In this document: positions 1 through 9,883 of the stretch, one piece after another
How positions within the stretch are numbered: the first letter of the stretch is position 1
How the letters are laid out: each line of letters starts with the position of its first letter
Source: a virus
Taxonomy: Duplodnaviria; Caudoviricetes
Direction: 5' to 3' (one strand)
IMG/VR virus record: IMGVR_UViG_3300031836_000002
Span: 60,210 to 124,209 of that record
DNA: 64,000 bases
Notes under the pieces: model-generated
What the model was told of the DNA's origin: nothing
The model's database searches: none
What the model saw: the letters and a program-made list of their open reading frames with translations, nothing else
Program-made: the position numbers and the translations under genes

Positions 1-180
1 GTACATGTTGGGGTTAGCGGCCAACTTGATACGAGAGAAGCTGTTGAGGGCTACCGTGTCATTGTTGCCACCCTCTGGTGTGCCTTCGAGTACATGCACG
101 GAGTTGTCGGTAGTCAGTTGACTCTCGAAAAGAATGTCGAGGTTGATCTCTGGGCCTATGTCCATAACGTGTGTCTTCAT
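1..180 (-). CDS. hypothetical early protein (5' part, runs off window)
   Basis: ATG at 180 preceded by GGAGACACC RBS and a promoter-repeat variant; frame open to the window edge. Confidence 0.6.
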   Translation of the reverse strand, partial: MKTHVMDIGPEINLDILFESQLTTDNSVHVLEGTPEGGNNDTVALNSFSRIKLAANPNMY

Positions 181-241
181 GGTGTCTCCTTCAGTAGTTG
201 ACCTTACTCTTTGAGCATAGCACAAGATTGCTTTTGACTCA

Positions 242-451
242 CTACTCTCCACGGGCCTCTCGGCCTGCCTTACGGGCTGCTGTGCATACCTCTGTGAGAT
301 GGGCGATTGTCTCGGTGGTCATGGTCATCACAGGTTTTCCTCCGCTGAGCGCTGTCCACTCGTTACCCTGCTCGTCTAGGTAGGTCTCGATCTCGGCCTG
401 TCCTGATCCCATGGTTGAGCGGGTCGTGCGTATGAGCTTGAGTGGTGCCAT
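242..451 (-). CDS. hypothetical early protein
   Basis: ORF with GGAGACACC RBS before ATG 451. Confidence 0.65.
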   Translation of the reverse strand: MAPLKLIRTTRSTMGSGQAEIETYLDEQGNEWTALSGGKPVMTMTTETIAHLTEVCTAARKAGREARGE

Positions 452-512
452 GGTGTCTCCTAGTGTCTGGTGGGCTGTGAGCTTAGCACAAGATTGCATT
501 TGACTCACTCAA

Positions 513-977
513 CTAGCCCACCTGTTTCGTAATATGGAACTTGCCACACGTGCAGCGGTAGACACGCATCCCGTGCCCGGTGCCTCCTGATGACTTCAGT
601 GCCCATCGGCTGGCGTAGAACTCGCTGGGGAATGCACGCTTCTTAGGCGTTGGACACTTCGGCTTCCCTTTCTTCGTGTACTCCACTGGCGGTTGCTCCA
701 CTGGTTGCTCCGCTCGGCTGCTCGGTGTGCGGTGCCGCTGGCAGTACCTCGGTGCCTCCGCGGTGGGTTCGTGCCATGGCGGGGTGAAGCTCCACTCGGC
801 GTCACAGAAAGTGCACACGTGCTTCTGAGGATCGGGTTCCCGTGAGATAGTCCGGGCGAGGATACCGAGCTGGAACTCTAAATCTTCTTTCCTCAGTGGC
901 TCCTCGTAGTCGGCGTGGGCCTTTCGGGTTCTCCCGTTGGTGTCGGTAATGGTGATGCTCAAGCTGCGTGCTTTCAT
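513..977 (-). CDS. Cys/His-rich putative zinc-binding protein
   Basis: CxxC, CxxH and YRCxCGKFH motifs; GAGGAG RBS. Confidence 0.6.
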   Translation of the reverse strand: MKARSLSITITDTNGRTRKAHADYEEPLRKEDLEFQLGILARTISREPDPQKHVCTFCDAEWSFTPPWHEPTAEAPRYCQRHRTPSSRAEQPVEQPPVEYTKKGKPKCPTPKKRAFPSEFYASRWALKSSGGTGHGMRVYRCTCGKFHITKQVG

Positions 978-1052
978 ATCGGTCTCCTCGATGTCGGTAT
1001 GGACTCTTTGAGATTAGCACAAGATTGCATTTGACATAGGTTGCAATTGCAA

Positions 1053-1613
1053 CTATACTGAGAGTAGGCCTAGGTCCTCATTGGTGAGGGCGAACTCTCC
1101 GTGGTGTAGCTTCACGGCCTCGTCATAGGCTCGCGCGGCGTCTGCCACCTCTCGGTGCATGCTGCTGTAGACCTGCCTGCCGTTGAGCTTCACACGGGCC
1201 TGCCAGCGTGCCTTGTCCTTTCTCCACCGGACACCCTTGAATCCTGAGGTCGCATTGATGCTGTATCGGTTGCGGGACTGCTCCCCTGCGGTTGCGGAGC
1301 GTAGGTTCTCCCGGCGATTGTCGAGCGTGTTCCGGTTGACGTGATCCACTGAGGTGCCCGAAACAAGAATCAGGCTTGCCAGCGCGTACGTGCTCCCAAC
1401 CCGTAGGCCTCGACTGAGTGCGTACGTCGTGGGTAGGTGCGTGACTACCGCGATGTAATCGCCCTGCCTCACAACCCTGAGGGTGAATTGGGATGCGAAT
1501 TCTAGGTCCTCTGGGGACACCAGAACCTCGTGCAGCTCGCCAGTGCTGCGATCCAGCGCCTCCAAGCGAGTGGTTCCGAGTATTGGTGCATTACGAGGTC
1601 GGCCACGAGTCAT
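1053..1613 (-). CDS. HNH homing endonuclease with AP2-like domain
   Basis: VDHVNRNTLDNRRENLR HNH motif; SGFKGVRW..W.A...AARAYD AP2 motif; probable leaderless ATG 1613. Confidence 0.9.
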   Translation of the reverse strand: MTRGRPRNAPILGTTRLEALDRSTGELHEVLVSPEDLEFASQFTLRVVRQGDYIAVVTHLPTTYALSRGLRVGSTYALASLILVSGTSVDHVNRNTLDNRRENLRSATAGEQSRNRYSINATSGFKGVRWRKDKARWQARVKLNGRQVYSSMHREVADAARAYDEAVKLHHGEFALTNEDLGLLSV

Positions 1614-1891
1614 GGAAAAAAGGTTACACCAATATGCGCAAAAAGCTAGACATGGTTGCAATTGACATCTATAATAAGAATATAGGGTAAACCGAGACGG
1701 CAGAGGCCGAGGGAGGGGTGAGAGTAGAAGGCTGCCATAAAATAGTGGCGATATGAGCGCGCGGGTGGTACAACCCCTATCGGTTCATTCGCCGTGATTC
1801 CCGGCCCTGTCCTTCTGTCTCCTCTCGCTGGCTGACCTTACGTCTTTAGTCTAACAACTTTAGATGTCAATTGCAACCTCTAGAGACAAGA

Positions 1892-1928
1892 AAAGACGCA
1901 TATCCAGATAATACAGATATGCGTCTTT
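1892..1928 (-). terminator. intrinsic terminator
   Basis: AAAGACGCATATC/GATATGCGTCTTT inverted repeat followed by T-rich tract. Confidence 0.65.
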
Positions 1929-1981
1929 GTGTCTTTGACTACACGATGGACATCGTACAGTCATCGACTACAGCCTGTCAA

Positions 1982-3310
1982 TTAGTGATCGTAGGGTGTG
2001 CCTGACTGAGCTGCGCGGATCTCGGCATCGGCTGCCAGTCGTGCCTTGTACTCGATCCTGTTGACTACCTGCCTGACTAGTACCTCCAGATTCTTCAGGT
2101 TGCTGCTGTTGAAGATCACGTAGTCGGCATCGTCTTGACTGATGCTGTTCTCACTGCTGTGGTCGGTGACATCTTTCCCGTCATTGTCTCGCTGCACGTA
2201 GATGAGCACACCGCCCGCGGCCTTCACGGGTTCCCAGTCCTCGTGGTACCGCACACCTGCAACTATGCCTGAGTGCCCCTCGGCGGCGATCTGAGTGAGT
2301 TTCTCTGCTACGGGGATGTTCCATATGCCCATCCCGAATGTGCCTCGTGCTGCGTCGGTTCCCGAGGTGCGTAGTAGTCGCCTCACATCGGGAATATCCT
2401 TGGCGTCTTCATATCCGATTGCCTCAATGACATCCGCATATCTCATGTACTGAGCTGTGCCCTCTGGGACCATTCCCGCAGGCACCTGCACGTAAGAGTT
2501 CTGTTGAATCAAGAATTTGTTCAGGGCATCCGAGACATTGAATTTCACATAAGGGCCTCGGCGTTCGATCATGTTGGCCACGGTGTCTTTTCCTGCTCGG
2601 GTACCTGAGCCTGCGATGGCAATTGGCACGGTGATGCGTTGTTTCTTTGTCGGTGTGCTGCCCAATATGCGCTGTGCTGCCGCCTGTGCGGCTATGTGGA
2701 CCCTTTCACTGCTCTTGTGGGTTCGGCTAGGGGTAACTAGCTCTACGGCCTTCTGAGGGGCACTGAGCGATTCCCGTAGTGCTTGCTTGGCTTCCCCTAC
2801 GGCCTCATGAGCTGTGGCGATCTGGATCGTGTCCGCGTGACCCATGATGCGGTCCAACTCATTCTCGGCGTCGATGAGTTTCTGGAGTGCCTTTGCTCGT
2901 ATCGAGATCGTCCATGAGGGCGTCGCCATATCTGCTGGGAATATCGCCGGGTGATCGAGGTAGATCCTCTCGATACGGGCTGTGACCTTCTGAGCGTCCG
3001 CGGTCGTTTGATTAGCTGCCCGGTAGTCCTCGTCCTGCATCTGGGCGTAATAGTCCTCGTTCAGTTCCAATACCTCCGCTTGAAGCTTGCGCTCGGTGTC
3101 GAGGATCTCTTGAATGAGGTCACGGGTAAGTCTGACAGCTGTGTTGTTCTCATTCCACACTTCGGGTGCCACGTTGATACCTGTCGCGGGCTGCACTAGG
3201 TCACCGATATGCGTGAATTTGTTCTGCAAGTCCTCAGCGCGCTGTTCCCGTAGGCCTTGGCGCACGGCATCAGTGATGAAGGCTTTGAGCTTCTTGTCTG
3301 GGATGGGCAT
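1982..3310 (-). CDS. dNMP kinase-like domain fused to a long helical N-terminal region
   Basis: C-terminal GSGTRAGKDT P-loop, RRLLR..GTD, VRY..D, HSSE, DYVIFN motifs of phage dNMP kinases. Confidence 0.7.
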   Translation of the reverse strand: MPIPDKKLKAFITDAVRQGLREQRAEDLQNKFTHIGDLVQPATGINVAPEVWNENNTAVRLTRDLIQEILDTERKLQAEVLELNEDYYAQMQDEDYRAANQTTADAQKVTARIERIYLDHPAIFPADMATPSWTISIRAKALQKLIDAENELDRIMGHADTIQIATAHEAVGEAKQALRESLSAPQKAVELVTPSRTHKSSERVHIAAQAAAQRILGSTPTKKQRITVPIAIAGSGTRAGKDTVANMIERRGPYVKFNVSDALNKFLIQQNSYVQVPAGMVPEGTAQYMRYADVIEAIGYEDAKDIPDVRRLLRTSGTDAARGTFGMGIWNIPVAEKLTQIAAEGHSGIVAGVRYHEDWEPVKAAGGVLIYVQRDNDGKDVTDHSSENSISQDDADYVIFNSSNLKNLEVLVRQVVNRIEYKARLAADAEIRAAQSGTPYDH

Positions 3311-3353
3311 GGTCTACTCGTTTCCAAATTCTTGTTTGCGATCTGCTGCGGTG

Positions 3354-3599
3354 TCATGGTGTCTTATACGCCTTTGGCTCCATCTGGGCAGTGGTTCGCC
3401 TGACCGTCTCTGCGCGTAGCTCGGCTAGTTTGCGCTGGGCATAGTTGCCTTTGGGTTCCGCCCCGGTTGCGATCCTGTCCAGTTCCCTGAGCATGTCCAC
3501 TCGTGCGAGGGCCTCTGAGGTGCCTTGGCTTTCGAGAAACTCGATGAGGGTCTTGTCATTCAATGAGCTGTGCCTCCAGCTGGGCAATCTTCTCGTCAT
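3354..3599 (-). CDS. hypothetical protein
   Basis: ORF fills the operon gap; start uncertain. Confidence 0.45.
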   Translation of the reverse strand: MTRRLPSWRHSSLNDKTLIEFLESQGTSEALARVDMLRELDRIATGAEPKGNYAQRKLAELRAETVRRTTAQMEPKAYKTP

Positions 3600-3707
3600 A
3601 CTTCTCGGCTAGCCTCCACAGTTCCCGGCGCACGGCCTGCGTCCTCTTGGACTGGATCGTGGCTATCGTCTGGGTTAGCTGTTGCTGCGATAGCTGCACC
3701 TTCCCTC

Positions 3708-4673
3708 TCACGCTGCGTGCCCGTGCTCTAGCTCGGTAGTGCCTTGGCCACACGTAGGGCAGTTGCCTGCCTCGATGAGTAGCTCGGTGTACTGATCTTG
3801 TAGCTCTGCCTGCTCTGCGGAGAGTTCAGTGACCTGCACTGATGCGTCCTTTGCTGCATTGCTCTGGGTACGGATGCGAGCGATCACTGCTTTGTACGCT
3901 GCCAGTGCGTCGGCTGCTGCGGTGATCGGGGCTGCATCCGGTACGGGTATTTTCAAATTCTTCTCTAGGTTGGCCACCACAGTGTCCGCCATGTCTACCG
4001 TCTCGATGTACCGGCTGAGCTGGTCGATGTCCTTCTTGGCACTGCGGGCTTCGATGAGAGACTCTTCTGCCCGTCCCACTGCTGCGAGCTGGGCCTTCAG
4101 TGGTGCGTAGCTCTTAGCTTTCTCCCTGATGGTTGCGAGGTCCTCCGCCCGTGTCTTGAGCTGGCCTGAGTAGTTCAGCTTGCGTCGGTTGGATTCCCGT
4201 GCACCTTCGAATAGAACGTTGACGTTGGTGAGTGCTCCCAATACGCGGGCCACCTCTCCACCTGAATCGTTCAGTAGGTATGGTGCATCGAACTGGCCTG
4301 CGTAGTTGATCGGATCCTTTGGCTCGATACCAATGAACGCCGATACCTCCTCTGGCACGGATCCACCGAGTTTCGTGAAAGTCCTTTGGTCCACGTTGGG
4401 ATCGTCTGGGATGATCACGTACTCGTTGTCTTCAGTGCCCTTGCCACGCTTGAGAGTTACGCTGCCTCGGTCTACCTGCGCCTGTACGGTCATGAGCTTC
4501 TCACCATGGGTGATGAACGCTGATCCTCTGGTGTTGCCTGTGAGGGTCTTCAGCGCTCGTGTGAGTGCACTCTTGCCGCTGCTGCTCGGTCCCACGATCA
4601 CGGTGAGTCCCAATAGCTCTAGGTCTACCTTCTTCAGTGATTGGTAGTTCCTGATACTGACGTGACTAAGCAA
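3708..4673 (-). CDS. SbcC/Rad50-like ATPase (N-terminal half, coiled coil, Zn hook)
   Basis: IRNYQS, Walker A GPSSSGKS, Q-loop-like GQFD, coiled coil, terminal CPTCG. Confidence 0.8.
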   Translation of the reverse strand: MLSHVSIRNYQSLKKVDLELLGLTVIVGPSSSGKSALTRALKTLTGNTRGSAFITHGEKLMTVQAQVDRGSVTLKRGKGTEDNEYVIIPDDPNVDQRTFTKLGGSVPEEVSAFIGIEPKDPINYAGQFDAPYLLNDSGGEVARVLGALTNVNVLFEGARESNRRKLNYSGQLKTRAEDLATIREKAKSYAPLKAQLAAVGRAEESLIEARSAKKDIDQLSRYIETVDMADTVVANLEKNLKIPVPDAAPITAAADALAAYKAVIARIRTQSNAAKDASVQVTELSAEQAELQDQYTELLIEAGNCPTCGQGTTELEHGHAA

Positions 4674-5655
4674 TGTGCTTTCCCTTTCGGTTGCCTCGGC
4701 CTCGGAGGATAGCGCGGTCTCTTACCTGCTCGTGCAATGGGTAGCTGCGGGTCTCTGTGCGGGGCTTGGCATGCCGTGGCCCTAGTCGTCCCATGGACAT
4801 GATCTCGTTGATGTTGTCTACGACGGTGATCTGGGCTGCACTGACTGCTGACGTCCCATAGTCCACTCCGTAGTGATCGTCACTGGGGGTCTCCTTGCTG
4901 CGTGAGTCAATGTGTTTCTGCATACGGGTTGCGGCCTCCTCTAAATCCTCTGCGGTGTCATGCCCTAGTGCTTTGCGTAGCATCTCGGTGCCTGCCCCGT
5001 AGTGGAGTGCGACGCCATGTTTCCGTAGGCCTTGGCGATCCTCTGGGGTGAGGTGTCCATCCTCTTCGATGACGGTTGGCTCGGCTCCTTCGAACTGTCC
5101 GGTGCTTCCATTGATAATAGCGATCACCTCTGGGTCTACATCAGTGAGTGGGATGCTCACCTTGCGGATGCGTCCCTCGGTCTGGTCCATCAAGAATTTC
5201 TCTGATGGCTCCTCGATGGTGGTGCGCTCCGGCTGCTGTTTCAAGAACAGTGCATGTGCCTTGTCGAGTAGTGCTGCATGGTTCTCTGCATCCCCCGGTG
5301 TGCGTGTGACGGTGTACCCCAAGCGAGTGAACGTCTCAGTCCTCGGCCCGCGTGCCTCTCGTGCCTTCTGGTCCTCAGCGACGCGCTTGCGGAATGACTC
5401 AGTGGCGATCCTCTTGACTGTCTCTGGGTCTACGAGATACTCCTCCGGCTTTAGGTCTGGGTGGGATGCTTTGAGGTTCTGGAGTGCCTTGTTTGCTTGC
5501 TCCTTGGCCGTGGCCATTTGCTCTGGGGTGTAGTGCACCGTCCGGGGGTACTTTGGCTTGAGCTTGATGGCTCCTGAGTAGATGAGTGTGGTGAGCACAC
5601 CAACGATGAATCCAGCTGCGGTGGCCGCACTGGCGGTAAAGAGTATTGGGTCCAT
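4666..5655 (-). CDS. membrane-anchored hypothetical protein
   Basis: N-terminal hydrophobic helix; 329 aa ORF. Confidence 0.6.
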   Translation of the reverse strand: MDPILFTASAATAAGFIVGVLTTLIYSGAIKLKPKYPRTVHYTPEQMATAKEQANKALQNLKASHPDLKPEEYLVDPETVKRIATESFRKRVAEDQKAREARGPRTETFTRLGYTVTRTPGDAENHAALLDKAHALFLKQQPERTTIEEPSEKFLMDQTEGRIRKVSIPLTDVDPEVIAIINGSTGQFEGAEPTVIEEDGHLTPEDRQGLRKHGVALHYGAGTEMLRKALGHDTAEDLEEAATRMQKHIDSRSKETPSDDHYGVDYGTSAVSAAQITVVDNINEIMSMGRLGPRHAKPRTETRSYPLHEQVRDRAILRGRGNRKGKHIA

Positions 5656-5661
5656 GGTGTC

Positions 5662-5880
5662 TTATACGCTCCTGCGTGGGTTATTGGCAATGGTGTACAG
5701 GCGATCTCTTGAGAGTCTCGTGATCCGCACTAGGGCTTTGTAGCTGACCTTGGCCTGTAGGGCATCTCGGATGAGGTTGTCCCGTATGGCTCTCTCCCGC
5801 TCTACTGCCTGCTCTGCTGCATTGAGAGCGCCTACCTGCTCCTTGAGGCTCTCTAGAGCCATTGTGACGCTGATTAGCAT
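5662..5880 (-). CDS. small HTH DNA-binding protein
   Basis: IRDALQAKVSYKALVRITRLSRDRLY HTH-like pattern. Confidence 0.6.
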   Translation of the reverse strand: MLISVTMALESLKEQVGALNAAEQAVERERAIRDNLIRDALQAKVSYKALVRITRLSRDRLYTIANNPRRSV

Positions 5881-6045
5881 GTGTTCCCGTTCGTCCGGTG
5901 GTGCTGAATGTAATCACCACACTACACGTATTTGTATCCTGCTCACCTATGGCTATTTCGTGATATGAGATAGTGCTCGGTGGCCTATTTCGTAAAACAA
6001 CGGCCATCACGATATGTGATGGCCTGAGGTCTGGAGCTGTTCGGA

Positions 6046-6300
6046 CTACGAGAATCCGTGGTAATCGGTGACGTAGTTGACTGCTTGAGTTTCAGTGGCG
6101 AAGTTGTTGTAGGTCAAGAAGGTGACCAAGTTCCAACCGCTGTGAGCTTCCAAGCCTTGAGTCAACAATGCTGTTGCCTCTGCCCGGTTCTGCCCCTTAG
6201 CGACTGCCCGATTGACTAACCGAACTGTGCGGGTCTGTTGAGTCTCCGCTGCTACTGCTGCGAACGTGTCCCGTAATGTTTCCCGTGCTGTCTGTGCCAT
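6046..6300 (-). CDS. hypothetical early protein
   Basis: Promoter repeat plus GGAGACACC RBS. Confidence 0.7.
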   Translation of the reverse strand: MAQTARETLRDTFAAVAAETQQTRTVRLVNRAVAKGQNRAEATALLTQGLEAHSGWNLVTFLTYNNFATETQAVNYVTDYHGFS

Positions 6301-6347
6301 GGTGTCTCCTCTGTTGCTAGCTGACCTTACGTTCTCAGTCTAGCTGG

Positions 6348-6683
6348 TTAGGATGTCAATTGCAACCGCTCCTTGAGCTGAGCCATGGTGAGCTTAGGGG
6401 CCTCGTGCACGCTGGGCTTAGTTGCTGGTGCTGTGCCTACCTCGTGCGTGGGACTGTCACTCTTGACGTGCTCGGGATGCTTCTTCTCAAGACTGAGGAG
6501 ATTGGACCACCACAGGTCATAGGTGGCGTCGTCAACGACACTTTTATCATCGTCGTTGTAGTAGCTGTCCTTCCACATCCACACGTGCCAGATGATCCAG
6601 TCCATGAACGCGAGGTCGTATTCCAAACTGGGATAGCTGGCCACGTCTTGTGCGTAGCTCGGCATCGGTCCACGGTCAGTCAT
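6348..6683 (-). CDS. stand-alone domain Ia of NAD+-dependent DNA ligase
   Basis: YYNDDDKSVVDDATYD...LLSLEKKHPEHVKSDSPTHEVG matches the LigA N-terminal motif. Confidence 0.75.
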   Translation of the reverse strand: MTDRGPMPSYAQDVASYPSLEYDLAFMDWIIWHVWMWKDSYYNDDDKSVVDDATYDLWWSNLLSLEKKHPEHVKSDSPTHEVGTAPATKPSVHEAPKLTMAQLKERLQLTS

Positions 6684-6924
6684 CGTCTCCGCTGCACTGT
6701 CTGCACTCTCGCTCGTGCTTGTTCCATCCCTCGGGATCTGTGTAATAGCGAGTGCTGTCGTGGATGCTCCACAGATGTCTCGAATTCTTGTTTGGGTCCC
6801 GCTCGTTGTCACAACACGGGTGGTGCTCCGCTGCGTCCCTACCGACCGGCTTCATCGAGTGGCCGGGATGATCCGGGCAGTCTTGTGGTGTCCAGCACTC
6901 TGGGGTGCATCCGCGTCCGATCAT
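6676..6924 (-). CDS. hypothetical Cys/His-rich protein
   Basis: ORF coupled to neighbours by start/stop overlap. Confidence 0.45.
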   Translation of the reverse strand: MIGRGCTPECWTPQDCPDHPGHSMKPVGRDAAEHHPCCDNERDPNKNSRHLWSIHDSTRYYTDPEGWNKHERECRQCSGDDD

Positions 6925-7517
6925 TAGTCCTCTTCACATGTGACGCATGAGGTGTCGGTGGCTCGGCACGCGGTGCACATGAGATATCCGCAGTGTTCAC
7001 AAGAATCCGTGAAAGGGTTGCACGTCGGCGTCTCTAGGTTGCCTCTCACGCCTCCGCCCCCTCCGTACCCTGCCGGGTCCTCACAGTCTCCTGCAACCAC
7101 ACCACAGTGCTCGTAGTCTGCGATCTCGACTGTGCCCAAGATGGTGGCCGTGGCTGATGGGGTCCCGTTCATGCCCTCGACCCATTTCTCAATAGATGAA
7201 TAGACGGAGGCGTCGGGGTCTGGCGTGGCTATGGGAAGCCCCAAGCGCCCACTGATGCGCTCCATCTGGGTGCTACGGCCTGACTTGGCCAGTGTGGCAA
7301 TAGCTCCGCCACATGCACGGGTCTTAGCTGCCACTGCTGCCTCTTCTCCCGAGTAGTCCACAGTCTTGTGGCAGAAGAAGTCCACTCCGTTCAAGAGATC
7401 TTCAGCGATCTCGATCACGCGCTCTGGGCGTAGCTCGAACTTCTTGTCGTTGCGGAATGGGCAATTGCTGCACGGGCCGCTGAGAGTGTATCGGCTCTTG
7501 GCCTTCTTCTTAGTCAT
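6924..7517 (-). CDS. Cys-rich putative zinc-binding protein
   Basis: PCSNCPFR, FFCHKT and several CxxC motifs. Confidence 0.6.
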   Translation of the reverse strand: MTKKKAKSRYTLSGPCSNCPFRNDKKFELRPERVIEIAEDLLNGVDFFCHKTVDYSGEEAAVAAKTRACGGAIATLAKSGRSTQMERISGRLGLPIATPDPDASVYSSIEKWVEGMNGTPSATATILGTVEIADYEHCGVVAGDCEDPAGYGGGGGVRGNLETPTCNPFTDSCEHCGYLMCTACRATDTSCVTCEED

Positions 7518-7809
7518 TGGCTTTCCTCTCAGCTCGTTGTCCTGCACGGTAGTCCTGCCCCCGCATTTTTTCTTCTCGTGTCGCGTGTTGACGGCACACG
7601 ATTGGCACTATCGCTGTCGTCTCGATCACTGATGTCAGTATGTGAGTCAAAATCGGGTTCCAATCTCCCGCGGGGTAGGGGGCCTCGTAGTCTTCGGCCT
7701 GACTCCTCAGGTAGCTTTCAACGGCTTCCATCGAATTGAACGTTTTCGACTTCTGGGCGATGTTCGGCGGGAACCACACTAGTTTCCAAGATTCAGTGGT
7801 GCTCATCAT
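7510..7809 (-). CDS. hypothetical early protein
   Basis: GGAGACACC RBS. Confidence 0.6.
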   Translation of the reverse strand: MMSTTESWKLVWFPPNIAQKSKTFNSMEAVESYLRSQAEDYEAPYPAGDWNPILTHILTSVIETTAIVPIVCRQHATREEKMRGQDYRAGQRAERKAND

Positions 7810-7964
7810 GGTGTCTCCTCTGGTGACCTATATGGTGAATCCTCCGAGAGAATGAGAGCTTCAATCTCGGAGGACCCTTTTCATCCCGGAAATCTTCGAG
7901 TCCGGTATCTCGATCCTTCTTGGTACATTTTCAGTATAACTGGTATGGATTGCAATTGCAATAC

Positions 7965-8486
7965 CTATTCGGCAGATCGTGCCTGCATCTCTGAGATAGC
8001 TCCAACCAACTCGTTGGTGTCTGTCATCTCGTAGAAGCTCTGGTGAAACCCCTCGGTGTTCTGGCGCATCACGTGCAGCTCGATGGGAGTGGGGAAACTA
8101 CCTCGGCGTCCGTCCTCTACGGGGAATCCCCATGAGGCAATCAGCTCTTCGATCTCTGCTTGGCGTGCGGGGCTGGTGGTGCGTCCCGTGAACACGTAGT
8201 CGCTGCCGTAGTGAATTCGGCTGCCATCCGACTCCGTGAGGAAATTGGATGAGGCCATGTCGGTCATGCCATCGAAGCTCTTGCCTTCGAACTGGCGGGT
8301 GATCTCGCGTACTGCGGCATCACTGGGGCCGTCTGTCCAGCTCACCTGAGTGCTGGCTCCGCCTGAGTACTTGCTGCCTCGGACCGAGAACCTGACACTG
8401 GGGAATGCGTTCTTCAGCGTCAAACGGATCAACTGGTTGGTCTCGTTCAGTGTGACGTACCGGGTGGGGCTTGATGTCTGTGTCAT
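7965..8486 (-). CDS. LPD29-like domain protein
   Basis: LKNAFPSVRFSVR..YSGGAS..VSWTDGP...F.G..FDGMTD pattern. Confidence 0.7.
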   Translation of the reverse strand: MTQTSSPTRYVTLNETNQLIRLTLKNAFPSVRFSVRGSKYSGGASTQVSWTDGPSDAAVREITRQFEGKSFDGMTDMASSNFLTESDGSRIHYGSDYVFTGRTTSPARQAEIEELIASWGFPVEDGRRGSFPTPIELHVMRQNTEGFHQSFYEMTDTNELVGAISEMQARSAE

Positions 8487-8549
8487 GGTGTCTCCTTCAG
8501 TAGCTGACCTTACATTTTGAGTCTACGTCACAGAGAGGTCAATTGCAAC

Positions 8550-8879
8550 CTAAAGAGCGTTCAGGATCTCAGTCAGCTCTTCCGTGATGACCCTCAACTC
8601 TATGTGGACCTCCGAATAGGCCCTTCTTGACATCTCAGGGAGAGAGTTTCGGACCATGAGCAGAGTATCGCGGCGTTGACCGAGCCTATGTATTTCTCGA
8701 AACTGCTCGTCTCGGATCTCATCAGTGGATTGCACCACGGGAGCATTCTCGGCATCGTGCTGAGCGATAGCCTCGTCAAATTCTTGTTGTCGCACCTCTG
8801 GGTGCCGAAGCTGTCCGTCCACTAAGTGAGCGTAGTTGACATAGAAGCCTCTCAGCTGGGGTACGGATGTCTCAGACAT
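8550..8879 (-). CDS. hypothetical early protein
   Basis: GGAGACACC RBS; coupled ORF. Confidence 0.6.
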   Translation of the reverse strand: MSETSVPQLRGFYVNYAHLVDGQLRHPEVRQQEFDEAIAQHDAENAPVVQSTDEIRDEQFREIHRLGQRRDTLLMVRNSLPEMSRRAYSEVHIELRVITEELTEILNAL

Positions 8880-9114
8880 TGGGTGTCTCCTTGGTGGTGA
8901 ATTGGGTTATGTCGAGGATCTCCCCATTGAGAATGTGGAGGGTGGCGGGGTCTTTGGCGTTCTCTGTGGACACCAGAGAGAATCCGATGGTACTGTCCGC
9001 TCTGGTGTTGAAGACACGGCCATCGACCAGTGAGACGATCCAGCGGGGATTTCCGTCACGGGTATTCAGTCGGCGTTTGATCTGGGAGATCTCTCCCTGA
9101 GTTGTTGTGGTCAT
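8872..9114 (-). CDS. hypothetical early protein
   Basis: ATGA-coupled ORF. Confidence 0.6.
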   Translation of the reverse strand: MTTTTQGEISQIKRRLNTRDGNPRWIVSLVDGRVFNTRADSTIGFSLVSTENAKDPATLHILNGEILDITQFTTKETPNV

Positions 9115-9341
9115 GCCTGCACCGTGGGAACGGTGAAAGCAATCAGTGTCGCAATGACTTGCTCCTGAGTTCCGGTCTCGCCGTGCATGATGTCGTTGGT
9201 TCCATCCGCTGCGTCCCAGTAGGCTACCTCGCCAAAGAATTGGCCATTCTCTGGTGTGCGTCCCAGCTCGAACCGGTAGTATCCGGGAGCTGTCTGCTCT
9301 ACCTGCAATGTGTAACCGGTGGGGATGTTCAGTGCGTCCAT
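9111..9341 (-). CDS. hypothetical early protein
   Basis: Promoter repeat plus RBS. Confidence 0.65.
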   Translation of the reverse strand: MDALNIPTGYTLQVEQTAPGYYRFELGRTPENGQFFGEVAYWDAADGTNDIMHGETGTQEQVIATLIAFTVPTVQA

Positions 9342-9401
9342 GGTGTCTCCTCTAGTTGACCTTACGTTTTGAGTCTAGCAACTTTAGATTGCAATTGCAA
9401 C

Positions 9402-9674
9402 CTAGATGTGCTGTCCAGCTGCCTCATCTGCCCGCCACTGGGCCATGCCTGCGCTCCGTGCCCCGTTGTAAGCGTTCTGAGCGTCTGTGTATTGCTGCCA
9501 CAGTCCAGTCGAAGCCTCTCCCGGCTCCGCGGCCATTGCGGCCTCCCACGCATCAGTTGTTACTTGGGCCAAACTCTCCAATGTCTGTTCCATCGCTCTC
9601 ACGACCAATCTGTCAAATTTCTTGTTTGTGGCTAGGTTGCCACCTGAACTACGGGCTGTCCGCCCAACTCGCAC
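9402..9674 (-). CDS. hypothetical early protein
   Basis: ORF between promoter repeats; start uncertain. Confidence 0.45.
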   Translation of the reverse strand: MRVGRTARSSGGNLATNKKFDRLVVRAMEQTLESLAQVTTDAWEAAMAAEPGEASTGLWQQYTDAQNAYNGARSAGMAQWRADEAAGQHI

Positions 9675-9883
9675 AAGGTCACGTGGACCTGTGGATGCTT
9701 CTTCCGGCCTGTGTACAGAGCGCGGGCTGCCTGCTGGGCTGCATATGTAGTGTCTGCGTAGACCTCGTGGCGAACTCCTTCAACAAAAGCAACGTATCCG
9801 TTCATGGTGACTCCTTCACTAGCTAACTGACCTTACATATTGAGTCTAGCAACTTTAGATTGCAATTGCAACCTCTGAGCGGG

